This document shows, piece by piece, positions 28,044 through 35,360 of a DNA stretch of 35,360 nucleotides. This stretch comes from a virus (lineage: Duplodnaviria > Caudoviricetes), in the IMG/VR virus record IMGVR_UViG_3300020044_000597, positions 1 to 35,360 of that record; one strand, given 5' to 3'. The notes under the pieces were generated by a model that worked only from the letters and a program-made list of their open reading frames with translations, had not been told where the DNA came from and ran no database searches. The translations under genes were made by a program, and so were the position numbers. Every line of letters starts with the position of its first letter. Positions within the stretch are counted from its first letter, which is position 1.

Positions 28044-28364
28044 TCAGTCCCTGTACCCACCACCAGCGGCTTTGTACTTTTTGGCCACGAGCTGAGCTTT
28101 ACGGGCTGACCACTGGCCAGCGCCGGTACCTTGAGTTGCTGCGGCTTTCACCTGAGACACAATTCGCTTGCGCAGACTGGGCTTCGTGTAGTTACCCGCA
28201 GCATTGACAGAGCCTCCAGCGGCATACTCAAGAAAGTCGGTGTTGTCGCGGCGCTGGCGCACCCGCCCATTCTCGGTGAAGTCCGTGTTGTCACGGCGCT
28301 TCTTCACCTTGGCTTTAGGCATTTTGTCTGGGTTGATAGCGCCCATACCGCGACTGGCTCTCAT
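28044..28364 (-). CDS. Small basic protein, 106 aa
   Basis: RRDNTDF twice, YAAGG, NYTKP..GQWSARKAQ..YKAAGGGY. Confidence 0.7.
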   Translation of the reverse strand: MRASRGMGAINPDKMPKAKVKKRRDNTDFTENGRVRQRRDNTDFLEYAAGGSVNAAGNYTKPSLRKRIVSQVKAAATQGTGAGQWSARKAQLVAKKYKAAGGGYRD

Positions 28365-28365
28365 A

Positions 28366-28701
28366 TCAGCACTTCCCGCCACCAGCCATCTTAATCTGGG
28401 TGCCCTTGGTCTTGCCCTTCATGGCAATGCCGTCAGCACGCTTGGAAGCGGAACCTACAGAGCCACCCTTTTTGTATGGCTTAGCAGATGCGCCGTCAAT
28501 GTCTTGAGGCACAGGCATGCCTTCACGGAACATACCTGCACCCTTTGGGGCAGTACGTTTCATGGGTGGTTTTGCCATGCCGGGCTTGGGCATGGGGCGC
28601 TTCATTGGTGGCTTAGGCGAAACCGAACCACCGTCAATGTCTTGAGGTACAGGCATGCCTTCACGGAACATGCCACCATCAGCAAATTTACGTTTTTTCA
28701 T
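28366..28701 (-). CDS. Small basic Pro/Lys/Met-rich protein, 111 aa
   Basis: TGATG coupling; FADGG, YKKGG, MAGGG; ADGIAMKGKTKG. Confidence 0.7.
   Translation of the reverse strand: MKKRKFADGGMFREGMPVPQDIDGGSVSPKPPMKRPMPKPGMAKPPMKRTAPKGAGMFREGMPVPQDIDGASAKPYKKGGSVGSASKRADGIAMKGKTKGTQIKMAGGGKC
28493..28671. repeat. 41-bp direct repeat (28493-28533 and 28631-28671, one mismatch) encoding most of the duplicated peptide GMFREGMPVPQDIDG
   Basis: ccgtcaatgtcttgagg(c/t)acaggcatgccttcacggaacat occurs twice. Confidence 0.95.
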
Positions 28702-29048
28702 CAGCACATCCCACCTTTCTGCATTGCAATTTGGGTGCCTTTGGTTTTGCCTTTTATGGCGCAACCGTCAGCGGCTTTACGGTACACAGCACCGCCTTTG
28801 GCCAGCTTGGTCATAGGCTGACCCTTGTGCAAATGGCCTTCGTGTTTGTTCACGGCCTTCTGCATCATCTTCTTGTCCATCTTCACGTCTTCGTGTTTCA
28901 TATCGCCACCTTTTGCAAATTTACGGCCTTTGTCGGCCTGACTAAACTCTTTGGCAACCTTGGTAGGTACACCGACTTTTTTGGCAAATGCAGGATTGTG
29001 AGCCGCTGCATCCATCAAGCGTTTTTGTGCTGGGCTAACTGAGGGCAC
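28701..29048 (-). CDS. Small basic protein, 115 aa
   Basis: SD AAGGAG; MPSVSPAQKRLM..AAHNP; FAKGG, LAKGG, MQKGG; ADGCAIKGKTKG. Confidence 0.7.
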   Translation of the reverse strand: MPSVSPAQKRLMDAAAHNPAFAKKVGVPTKVAKEFSQADKGRKFAKGGDMKHEDVKMDKKMMQKAVNKHEGHLHKGQPMTKLAKGGAVYRKAADGCAIKGKTKGTQIAMQKGGMC

Positions 29049-29283
29049 TTCTTTGCTCCTTCATGAACTCATCGAGCTTGGCATCAAGACGATCAAGGCG
29101 TTGAATGACGCGGTTCATGTCGTTGTGGACATCGGCCTTCGTCACGTACTCCTTGGGCATTTCTTCCCGAGTTTTGTTGAGCAAAATTTGAACACGCTTG
29201 AGTTCCTCGTGCACGCCCTTGACCCACATCAGGATCAGCGCAGCTACGAAGGACAGAATTACGTTCCATACCATCAGTTCCAT
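29035..29283 (-). CDS. Single-TM coiled-coil protein, 82 aa
   Basis: N-terminal hydrophobic helix, then YVTKAD..RLDRLDAKLD. Confidence 0.7.
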   Translation of the reverse strand: MELMVWNVILSFVAALILMWVKGVHEELKRVQILLNKTREEMPKEYVTKADVHNDMNRVIQRLDRLDAKLDEFMKEQRSALS

Positions 29284-29284
29284 G

Positions 29285-29539
29285 TCAGCACTTCCACGCC
29301 CGCAGGCTTTTGTTGATGCGTGAGTCCGGGTCTTTGGCCGTCTTCTCGCTGGTCAGCTTCTTCTTCATGCCTTCCATACGGGCGCAGAAAGAGTCGCGGC
29401 GTTTGCCGCCCTCGGGCTGGGGAGCCTTCAGGCCGGGTTTGCCGGGGTTGGCCTTGTTGTAAGACGCCCGCCCCTTGGCATTCAAGCCACCCTTTTCGGA
29501 CTTGCCCTCTTTGCGCTGCCATGCTGGACTCTTAGCCAT
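29285..29539 (-). CDS. Small basic protein, 84 aa (resembles DUF6321-type phage proteins)
   Basis: KSPAWQRKEGK..GGLNAKGRASY..RRDSFCARM..SLRAWKC; family recalled from memory. Confidence 0.7.
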   Translation of the reverse strand: MAKSPAWQRKEGKSEKGGLNAKGRASYNKANPGKPGLKAPQPEGGKRRDSFCARMEGMKKKLTSEKTAKDPDSRINKSLRAWKC

Positions 29540-30017
29540 AGTACACCATTGCCGTGACGCTGGGGCCACAGCCAAAAAAGATGCCGTTGGGGAACAGTAT
29601 GCCTTCGCCGGGGATCAGCACCGACAGGCCAACCGTACTGTAAGTGTCTAGCTCCATGTAAACATCCGGATAGACATTCACGTTGCCAGAAGTCGAAACC
29701 GAGTTGGCCGTAGTCACACTGAAGCTGTTGGCATTGATGTACGTAATGTCATACATGCCATCGCGGCTGGTGCCCGTTGTAAAGTCTACGAACACGCGCT
29801 GCCCGTTGGTCAAGCCGTGGTCGGTGATGGTGATGGTTGCCGTTGTGCCCGTTTGGCTGTATGTGCCAGATTCCACTGTTGTTGGGTCGCACGCAGCCAC
29901 GTTACGCAGCGAAGACGTGGACGAAGTTACCACGCATCCTTTGAGGCGAGTGCGCAGTGGCGTAACCAGAGTCCCGGAACTTTTTACGTAAGCTGATCTA
30001 ACGTCCGTTTGCATCAT
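29532..30017 (-). CDS. Virion protein, 161 aa (paralog B)
   Basis: MQTDV..RTRLKG..HGLT..IPGEGI..YYG. Confidence 0.7.
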   Translation of the reverse strand: MMQTDVRSAYVKSSGTLVTPLRTRLKGCVVTSSTSSLRNVAACDPTTVESGTYSQTGTTATITITDHGLTNGQRVFVDFTTGTSRDGMYDITYINANSFSVTTANSVSTSGNVNVYPDVYMELDTYSTVGLSVLIPGEGILFPNGIFFGCGPSVTAMVYYG

Positions 30018-30028
30018 GGCCGTACCCC

Positions 30029-30523
30029 TTATCCGTAGAAGACAGTGGTCGTCACAGATGCTGACGGCAAATAAACGTAAATGCCTGTTTGCGCAATCAC
30101 GCCTTCACCGGGAATCAGTGTGTAAAACGAAGTACCTGTGGAGCAGTCCAACTCGGTCAAGATATCCGTGTACATCGTCATATTGCCGCTGGTAGTCAAC
30201 ACGCCGGTCGTCACCGTGAAGGTTGTTGGAGTCGGTGTTGTCTGCACCAAATAAGCATCGCTCACAAAAGTACCGGTACTCGCAACCAACAGAACGCGGC
30301 TGGACCCAGCAGTTAAGCCGTGCGCAACCGTCGTTGTCACCGTACACACGGTGGTGCCGGGGATGTTGTACGTAACCGCAATCGGTACGTTATCGACAAT
30401 GGAGGTGTTGATTGTCACGGACGTAGAAGGCGAAATTACAACGCCTTTGAGTCGCGTGCGGTAAGGCACAGCCACCCCTGATGCGGTGTTGTGAAACGAC
30501 TTGACGTCGGTTTGCATCGTCAT
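30029..30523 (-). CDS. Virion protein, 164 aa (paralog A)
   Basis: SD AAGGAG before ATG 30523; MQTDV..RTRLKG..HGLT..IPGEGV..FYG. Confidence 0.7.
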   Translation of the reverse strand: MTMQTDVKSFHNTASGVAVPYRTRLKGVVISPSTSVTINTSIVDNVPIAVTYNIPGTTVCTVTTTVAHGLTAGSSRVLLVASTGTFVSDAYLVQTTPTPTTFTVTTGVLTTSGNMTMYTDILTELDCSTGTSFYTLIPGEGVIAQTGIYVYLPSASVTTTVFYG

Positions 30524-30538
30524 AATCAATCTCCTTTA

Positions 30539-30557
30539 AAACAGGGGCCGAAGCCCC
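30539..30557 (-). terminator. Short cUUCGg hairpin, weak terminator or stabilising hairpin
   Basis: GGGGC-TTCG-GCCCC followed by TGTTT, directly before the next SD. Confidence 0.5.
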
Positions 30558-30565
30558 GAGGTTGA

Positions 30566-31030
30566 TTACACGCTTTGCTGGCCGACGTATGGGTCAGTCA
30601 CGAAGTAGGTGATGATGCCGGTAACAGCGCCAGTGCCCGAAGTGTTGTCGGTCACGGTCACGTATGACATCTCAGTCAACGCAGCGCCGGTCACTACTGC
30701 ACCGATGTTGGTGGTGCCGACAGCCACGGTCAAACCAGAGGCGATGAAGTTGTTGTCGGCAGTGCCGCTGGTGTAGCCAGTAGCGCCCAAGTCGAAAGTG
30801 CCGGAGCCTGTCTCAGTAACGATGCTGACGGACAGAACAACTGCGCCTTGTGGGAGGATTAGTGCGGGGGCACCAGAAGCGGAGGACACCGCGACGTTTG
30901 TGCCAGCAGTAGCTGGAGAAGCGTCAGCAATGTAAAACTGTGCGGCCATAACGCCGGAACCACAATAGGCGGTGCGTGTTTGATCGCCGCCGCCAGAGCG
31001 CCAAATGCTTTGGGTGGTTGAAGTTGCCAT
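30566..31030 (-). CDS. Virion structural protein, 154 aa (possible head decoration)
   Basis: SD AAGGA; T/A/G/V-rich beta pattern with LPQGAVV; first gene after the capsid gene. Confidence 0.65.
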   Translation of the reverse strand: MATSTTQSIWRSGGGDQTRTAYCGSGVMAAQFYIADASPATAGTNVAVSSASGAPALILPQGAVVLSVSIVTETGSGTFDLGATGYTSGTADNNFIASGLTVAVGTTNIGAVVTGAALTEMSYVTVTDNTSGTGAVTGIITYFVTDPYVGQQSV

Positions 31031-31044
31031 GATAAATTTTCCTT

Positions 31045-31112
31045 ACGTACAAGATCAGCGCATCATTCGGTACGTCGTTTGCCGGGTCAATATGATGCAC
31101 CGGGGTTCCCGG
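31045..31112 (-). ncRNA. Double-pseudoknot RNA element, likely the Mu-gpT-DE motif
   Basis: Three interleaved pairings: CCGGG/CCCGG, GTGCATCAT/ATGATGCGC, ACGTAC/GTACGT; lies just downstream of a gpT-like gene. Confidence 0.6.
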
Positions 31113-31137
31113 AGTGGTTCAAATATACACGAAATAC

Positions 31138-31170
31138 CAAAAAAGAAAAGCCCCCGAAGGAGCTTTTCTC
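31138..31170 (-). terminator. Rho-independent terminator after the major capsid gene
   Basis: AGAAAAGCTCC-TTCG-GGGGCTTTTCT followed by TTTTT. Confidence 0.85.
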
Positions 31171-31178
31171 TACGCGGT

Positions 31179-32087
31179 TTAAGCGCCGGGGGAGCCGAAG
31201 ATACCCAGAGGGTCGGACACACCGAAGCTGTAACGCTCGCGGGCTTTGTAACGGCTGTTGCCGGTATCAAAGTCAGCGTCCATACCATTTTGCAAGGGGC
31301 TACGGACAAAGTGCTTCAAGCCGTTAGGCACGTCGGTCATCAGGAACCATGCGTTGGTGTCTGTCAAGTAGTGGTTGACAGTGTAGCCTTCGCGGATGGA
31401 ACTGTTGTTCTTCAGTGCGTTGATGTCGTTGTCGTTGGTGCCGACGCGGAGTTCGGTTTCCAACAAACGAGTTGCAACGAATTGCAGGCTTGGGGGCACG
31501 ATCAGTTTCTTAGGCTGAGCAGCGATCAACAAACCACGTTCGTCTGTCCAACCAGCGATCTGAATAACGGCGGCTTCCAAGGAAGTCTCGTTCAGGTCGG
31601 CAGCGACAGTAGGACGGTTGCTGTTGGTACCACCAGACACCAGAGGGTGGGCTGTCGAGCACAGAACTTGGCCGTCACCGTAGGTGGGGCCGCCAGTGAA
31701 GGCGTTGTTCAGGATCGAAGCAGCTTTGACCTGCTTGGTGTAAGCCATGGCGCGAGCCAGAGCCTTGGTGTATCGAGCGGACAACGAGTCATACAAGTTG
31801 TCTTCGATAGCTTCTTCGGTCAGAGAGAAACCCATCGCAATGGTTTCGTGCACGTAGCGTGCAGTCCATGCTTCTTGTGCGTTGTCATACGCCAGTGCAG
31901 AACCTTCGTTCTTCACAGGTGCGGCGCTGAAGCCGGACAACTTGGTTTCTTCTTCAAAAGAACGCTCGGAGGTTTCGGTCTCGAAAATCTCTTTGTGTTC
32001 TTCGCCGTACTTTTTGTACTCCAAGCCAAACAATGCGTTCAGGCCGGGGAGCAGTTCTTTCAGTAGCTGTGCACGTGAAATAGCCAT
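31179..32087 (-). CDS. Major capsid protein (Mu gpT-like, HK97 fold), 302 aa
   Basis: MAISRAQLLKELLPGLNALFG..K-x-EG..LIVPP-x-L..YLTD..WF..KARERYSFG; SD AAGGAG; followed by a strong terminator. Confidence 0.9.
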   Translation of the reverse strand: MAISRAQLLKELLPGLNALFGLEYKKYGEEHKEIFETETSERSFEEETKLSGFSAAPVKNEGSALAYDNAQEAWTARYVHETIAMGFSLTEEAIEDNLYDSLSARYTKALARAMAYTKQVKAASILNNAFTGGPTYGDGQVLCSTAHPLVSGGTNSNRPTVAADLNETSLEAAVIQIAGWTDERGLLIAAQPKKLIVPPSLQFVATRLLETELRVGTNDNDINALKNNSSIREGYTVNHYLTDTNAWFLMTDVPNGLKHFVRSPLQNGMDADFDTGNSRYKARERYSFGVSDPLGIFGSPGA

Positions 32088-32098
32088 GATTTAGCTCC

Positions 32099-32746
32099 TT
32101 AGACGCCAGTTGGGTTGAGATACTGATGGCCACCGTTCCACGCAACCGTGTTGGGGGTACCTTCAGACAATGTGATGTACGGGGCGTTCCACTTGCAGAT
32201 GAATTCGCAGAACTCACCAGAAGCGTTAGCTGTATCAGGCACACCAGCGATGATGCGGATAGGCAGCGAAACGGTCGTAGCGGCGCTGGTGCCGTCGATG
32301 GCCACGGCAGAGTCACCAGTGGTTGTAGAACCTGCGTTCTGCACCAAGGAGACGTTTGTGCCAATCACGGTTTGAGCGTAGAAGGCAACAACAGTTGTAC
32401 CGGAAACGGCAGCAACTTTGAACAGGACATCAGGATCATCCACAACGTAAGCCTGTGCGTCAGAAGCGACGGTGCCGGTGGGCCAGTATTGGCTCCAGCG
32501 AGGTTGCTTGGACGAAGGGTCTGTGTAGGTGCAGCCCATGAAAACACCAACGGGGGTGCCGGTAGAAGTGCCAGTGTCCTTCTCGATCGTGCCAGTAGAA
32601 ACCAGCTTGACCACATCGCCGTAGAAGATGTTCGCAGCATAGCCGCTTGCAATCTTCAACAGACGGGTCGAACCAGCATACACCTGACCGCCAATCAAAT
32701 TGACTGGTTTAAGCCCGTAAGGGGCAGAAACGGTGGGATAAGCCAT
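32099..32746 (-). CDS. Capsid cement/auxiliary protein, 215 aa
   Basis: ATG 32746 with SD GGAG; APYGLKP..IFYGDVV..GVFMG..DDPD; immediately upstream of the capsid gene. Confidence 0.65.
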   Translation of the reverse strand: MAYPTVSAPYGLKPVNLIGGQVYAGSTRLLKIASGYAANIFYGDVVKLVSTGTIEKDTGTSTGTPVGVFMGCTYTDPSSKQPRWSQYWPTGTVASDAQAYVVDDPDVLFKVAAVSGTTVVAFYAQTVIGTNVSLVQNAGSTTTGDSAVAIDGTSAATTVSLPIRIIAGVPDTANASGEFCEFICKWNAPYITLSEGTPNTVAWNGGHQYLNPTGV

Positions 32747-32763
32747 TTGTGACTCCAAAAAAG

Positions 32764-33216
32764 TTAAGTTCCATTGCCAAAACGGGACACCGTAGTTTTG
32801 CGCTCGTTGTAGAGCGGCATACGGGGATCGTTCTCGCGCATGAGATTGTTGTCAACCGACTTCATCTGGGACGATGCTTGGTTGTTAAACCAATCGTTAC
32901 GATCTTGGACGAACTCAGTGGGGGTTTTGCAAAGCATCAAACCACCAATCACGATATTGTCTTTGAAGCGGTCGTTTTCGACGCCTGCAACGAAAATTTC
33001 GGGGTGATCAGCAGCCTTAACGGGCTCCCAGCCTTCTTGTAGTTTCAAGGACACGTTCATGGCGTCGGCTTCGCCGCGAGTGCTGATGCGAACCCAGTGG
33101 AATTCATAGCCATCCTCCGGGAAAGGAGTTGGCAAGGTCTCGGGACGAGTCCACGATTTCTTGCGGGCCGTTTTTTCACGGGTATCCAGTTCACGATTAA
33201 GTCTGTTCTCAGCCAT
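32764..33216 (-). CDS. Head-module protein of unknown function, 150 aa
   Basis: SD GAGGA; W..P..LP..GY..HWVR..EGWEPV..IGGLMLCK. Confidence 0.7.
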   Translation of the reverse strand: MAENRLNRELDTREKTARKKSWTRPETLPTPFPEDGYEFHWVRISTRGEADAMNVSLKLQEGWEPVKAADHPEIFVAGVENDRFKDNIVIGGLMLCKTPTEFVQDRNDWFNNQASSQMKSVDNNLMRENDPRMPLYNERKTTVSRFGNGT

Positions 33217-33565
33217 TTTGTTTCCTCAATTCTATAGCAACCTGTTTGGCGTATTCGTTTAGTGGCACTCCGAGCCTGTTAGCCAGAGCAACCTGTGTCT
33301 TCGTCAGTGTGATCTTTTTAGGGGCCACACTTCGAGTAGCAGATGCAACGACTGTCGTCTTGCGACGACGCTCTTCGGTCACCTCCTCCTGTCCATCATC
33401 ATCCTCAAAGGATTCTGGGAACACTTGGCGCATACGAGAGTTGATCTTCTCGTAGTATTCGTCAGATCGCGGGTTGACGCCCTGTTTGACCAGTTTTTGG
33501 TGCAACCCCAACGCAAAACTGGTCATCTCATCGTCATCTCCGAACCATTTATTCTTGGTTGCCAA
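33209..33565 (-). CDS. Scaffold-like protein, C-terminal part (out of frame with the N-terminal part)
   Basis: KNKWFG..EMT..DEYY..LTKTQVALANRLGVPLNEYAK; the TTG start has no SD. Confidence 0.6.
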   Translation of the reverse strand: MATKNKWFGDDDEMTSFALGLHQKLVKQGVNPRSDEYYEKINSRMRQVFPESFEDDDGQEEVTEERRRKTTVVASATRSVAPKKITLTKTQVALANRLGVPLNEYAKQVAIELRKQNG

Positions 33566-34242
33566 GTTACGGCGCGGTCATCAACTGACTGTGCTGGGGC
33601 GGTTGTTTGTGTTTGTACATCATACTCGTCTTCTTGTAAAGCAGGAAGTTTGAGGTTGTTTACTCGCTCAACCTTCATTTTTGCAGCAGTCAATGCCTCT
33701 TGGGCCTCGACTACGGCGTCTGCTTCACCAGATTCGTAGGCTTTTTTGTACCGGACTTTGGCCTCGTCATGCTCCGCAGCAGCCATTTTTTTGGCTGATT
33801 CCAGCATCGCTTCTTGGTTCTTGGAGACAGTGCCCTTGAGCTTCTTGTTTTCCTCAGCGATTTGCTGCGCGTAGCGCAACGCTTCCTCACGTTCCTTGGC
33901 AGCAGACTCTGCTGCACGTCGCTGGTCGTGGTAGCCCTTGCTAAAGTGTTGCAGGCGCTTTCGCACCTTCTCGGAATACTCGTCCATTTCCTCTTCGGAA
34001 AGCTCCATAGGAGCCTTGGAACGCTTCTTCCCTTGATCTTCCTCGGGGCGGTCATCAACCACCTCGATGTCAAAATCGTCTTCCTTGGCTTTCGCCTTGG
34101 ATTTTTCACGCTTGGCTTCTTCATCCGAAGCGCGTCCCTCGACTTTTAGCGCAAAGCTGCCGTCATTGTTTTCCACAAAGTCCGCGGTACTCGATTCCTT
34201 GTCTGGATCGGGAAACTCAAACTCCACTTTTTGAATTGCCAT
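33523..34242 (-). CDS. Capsid scaffold-like protein, N-terminal part
   Basis: SD AAGGAG; acidic N-terminus, YSEKVRKR, long coiled coil; located between portal and capsid genes. Confidence 0.7.
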   Translation of the reverse strand: MAIQKVEFEFPDPDKESSTADFVENNDGSFALKVEGRASDEEAKREKSKAKAKEDDFDIEVVDDRPEEDQGKKRSKAPMELSEEEMDEYSEKVRKRLQHFSKGYHDQRRAAESAAKEREEALRYAQQIAEENKKLKGTVSKNQEAMLESAKKMAAAEHDEAKVRYKKAYESGEADAVVEAQEALTAAKMKVERVNNLKLPALQEDEYDVQTQTTAPAQSVDDRAVTWQPRINGSEMTMR

Positions 34243-34253
34243 AGTTTTCTCCT

Positions 34254-34634
34254 TTAACCAGCACGCGATACGCCACGCGGATCGGCAACGACTGCTTCAA
34301 TTGAGTCGTCATTCATCAGGCGATACTCCACGCCATTTACACTGACACGAGTGCCTGTGTACGACGCAAATACAACGTAATCGCCCACCTTGCACCATGG
34401 GCCATTCGGGAAGCGTGTGGGATCAGAATAGGCTTGCTCGCCCATATCCAATACCAACCCAACCGTAGACAGAATGCGCTCTTCACGCATAGTCTGCTTG
34501 GCTTTGATGATGCCCATCTCACCGATGGTTTCTTCAATTTGCGGCAGTGCCACAAGCAACCGATACCCAACGGGCTTTGGAAGCTGGGCTTCCACTTCTT
34601 CGTCAGTTACGGCGTTTTCGACTTGATCAGTCAT
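34254..34634 (-). CDS. groES: GroES-like co-chaperonin, 126 aa
   Basis: PVGYRLLV..GII..GLVLDMG..CKVGDYVVF..YTGTRVSVNGVEYRLMNDDSIEAVV matches the Cpn10 pattern. Confidence 0.85.
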   Translation of the reverse strand: MTDQVENAVTDEEVEAQLPKPVGYRLLVALPQIEETIGEMGIIKAKQTMREERILSTVGLVLDMGEQAYSDPTRFPNGPWCKVGDYVVFASYTGTRVSVNGVEYRLMNDDSIEAVVADPRGVSRAG

Positions 34635-34827
34635 TGTCTTCATCTTCCATTTGAGAGCGCGAAAGGTCTTTGGTTGTTTGGATAGCAAGCTGGAGACCCC
34701 GAATCCTGCCTGTTATTTCCCGGTATTCGGCGAAGTCTTTAGCTCCTCCGTTTGCCAAGAACTGGGTTGCCGAGGAGACATCTTCCTCGTGTTTCATGAT
34801 GAGCACGTCAAAGACGGTTTTGGCCAT
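34627..34827 (-). CDS. Small helical protein, 66 aa
   Basis: SD AAGGAG; DFAEYREITGRIRGL. Confidence 0.75.
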   Translation of the reverse strand: MAKTVFDVLIMKHEEDVSSATQFLANGGAKDFAEYREITGRIRGLQLAIQTTKDLSRSQMEDEDND

Positions 34828-34830
34828 GGA

Positions 34831-35360
34831 TTACTCCTTCTTGCCCGGCGCTTTGGGCTGTTGTTTTGGTGTGGCTAACACCTTTAGTGCATCAAGTTTC
34901 AGACGTTGCTGAGCTTGGGCTTCTTGTGATTTGACGCGGTTAGCTTCTTTGTCGGATTCGATCTGCACGCGCTCTTTCTCCATGACGAGTTTTGCTGCGG
35001 CAATCTCTGCGTCGGTCTGGTCTTTCTGCGCCTTGCGAGTGACCTCCATCTCCTGCACCTTGACCTTGGCCTGCTCCAACTGGAACAGTGGGTCTGCGGC
35101 TTGCTGCTCTGCCTGCTTCTGCGCAGCTTGCTGCTGGTGCTGCTGGGCCAACTGCTTGCCGCCATCGGCGATGAGCTTGGACAGTTGGACTTCTACATCC
35201 TCGGGCAGTGGCTCGTTTGGTGGTGGCAGCGTGACGCCAAGGCGTTCTTCCATTTGCTTGCGGTAGCTGAAACCCAAGTGCTCGGCGATGTGTGCTTGCA
35301 GCGAAGCCATGATCTGCTGAGCCTGTGGGTTCTGGCCAATCGTCTGCGCAATCATCGGGT
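34831..35360 (-). CDS. Portal protein C-terminus (partial; 5' end outside the window)
   Basis: Open to the right edge; AHIAEH, Q-rich coiled coil similar to P22-type portal barrels; synteny. Confidence 0.65.
   Translation of the reverse strand, partial: PMIAQTIGQNPQAQQIMASLQAHIAEHLGFSYRKQMEERLGVTLPPPNEPLPEDVEVQLSKLIADGGKQLAQQHQQQAAQKQAEQQAADPLFQLEQAKVKVQEMEVTRKAQKDQTDAEIAAAKLVMEKERVQIESDKEANRVKSQEAQAQQRLKLDALKVLATPKQQPKAPGKKE

Noticed and set aside
28493-28671. 41-bp repeat as CRISPR array, att site or DGR template/variable pair
   Set aside because: Only two copies, in frame within a CDS, and no cas, integrase or reverse transcriptase in the window.
31005-32066. 353-aa plus-strand ORF opposite the capsid gene
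   Set aside because: Antisense shadow expected from biased codon usage.
34740-35175. LANGG in the 66-aa protein and IADGG in the portal as GG-motif copies
   Set aside because: They lie within apparently helical folded regions without the boundary context of the others; likely chance.

Overview
The window is a compact part of a tailed-phage (Caudoviricetes, podovirus-like) virion morphogenesis operon, and every supported gene is on the minus strand. In transcription order (35360 to 1) it holds: the C-terminus of a probable portal, a GroES-like co-chaperonin, a scaffold-like gene split by a 1-nt frameshift, a cement-like protein and a Mu gpT-like major capsid protein. These are followed by a terminator and a double-pseudoknot RNA element, a cluster of small Lys-rich proteins, head-tail adaptors, tail and fibre genes (one with an S74 chaperone), a holin/M15 endolysin cassette and a nozzle-like protein. 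An acyl carrier protein plus FabB/F-type ketosynthase plus small unknown gene is then translationally coupled to five internal/ejection-type proteins. The last of these is a >1860-aa polyvalent protein (HExxH metallopeptidase, PLxRFG motif) that runs off the left edge and is missing from the ORF track. Most notable: (1) the ACP-ketosynthase module joined to the ejection genes, a candidate phage-encoded virion-protein acylation system; (2) a recurring [FYML]-x-x-G-G motif shared by internal and small basic proteins, a candidate processing or targeting signal; (3) a likely overprinted 82-aa gene inside the polyvalent gene. No tRNA, rRNA, CRISPR array or integrase was seen. Product calls rest on motifs and synteny only; no searches were run.
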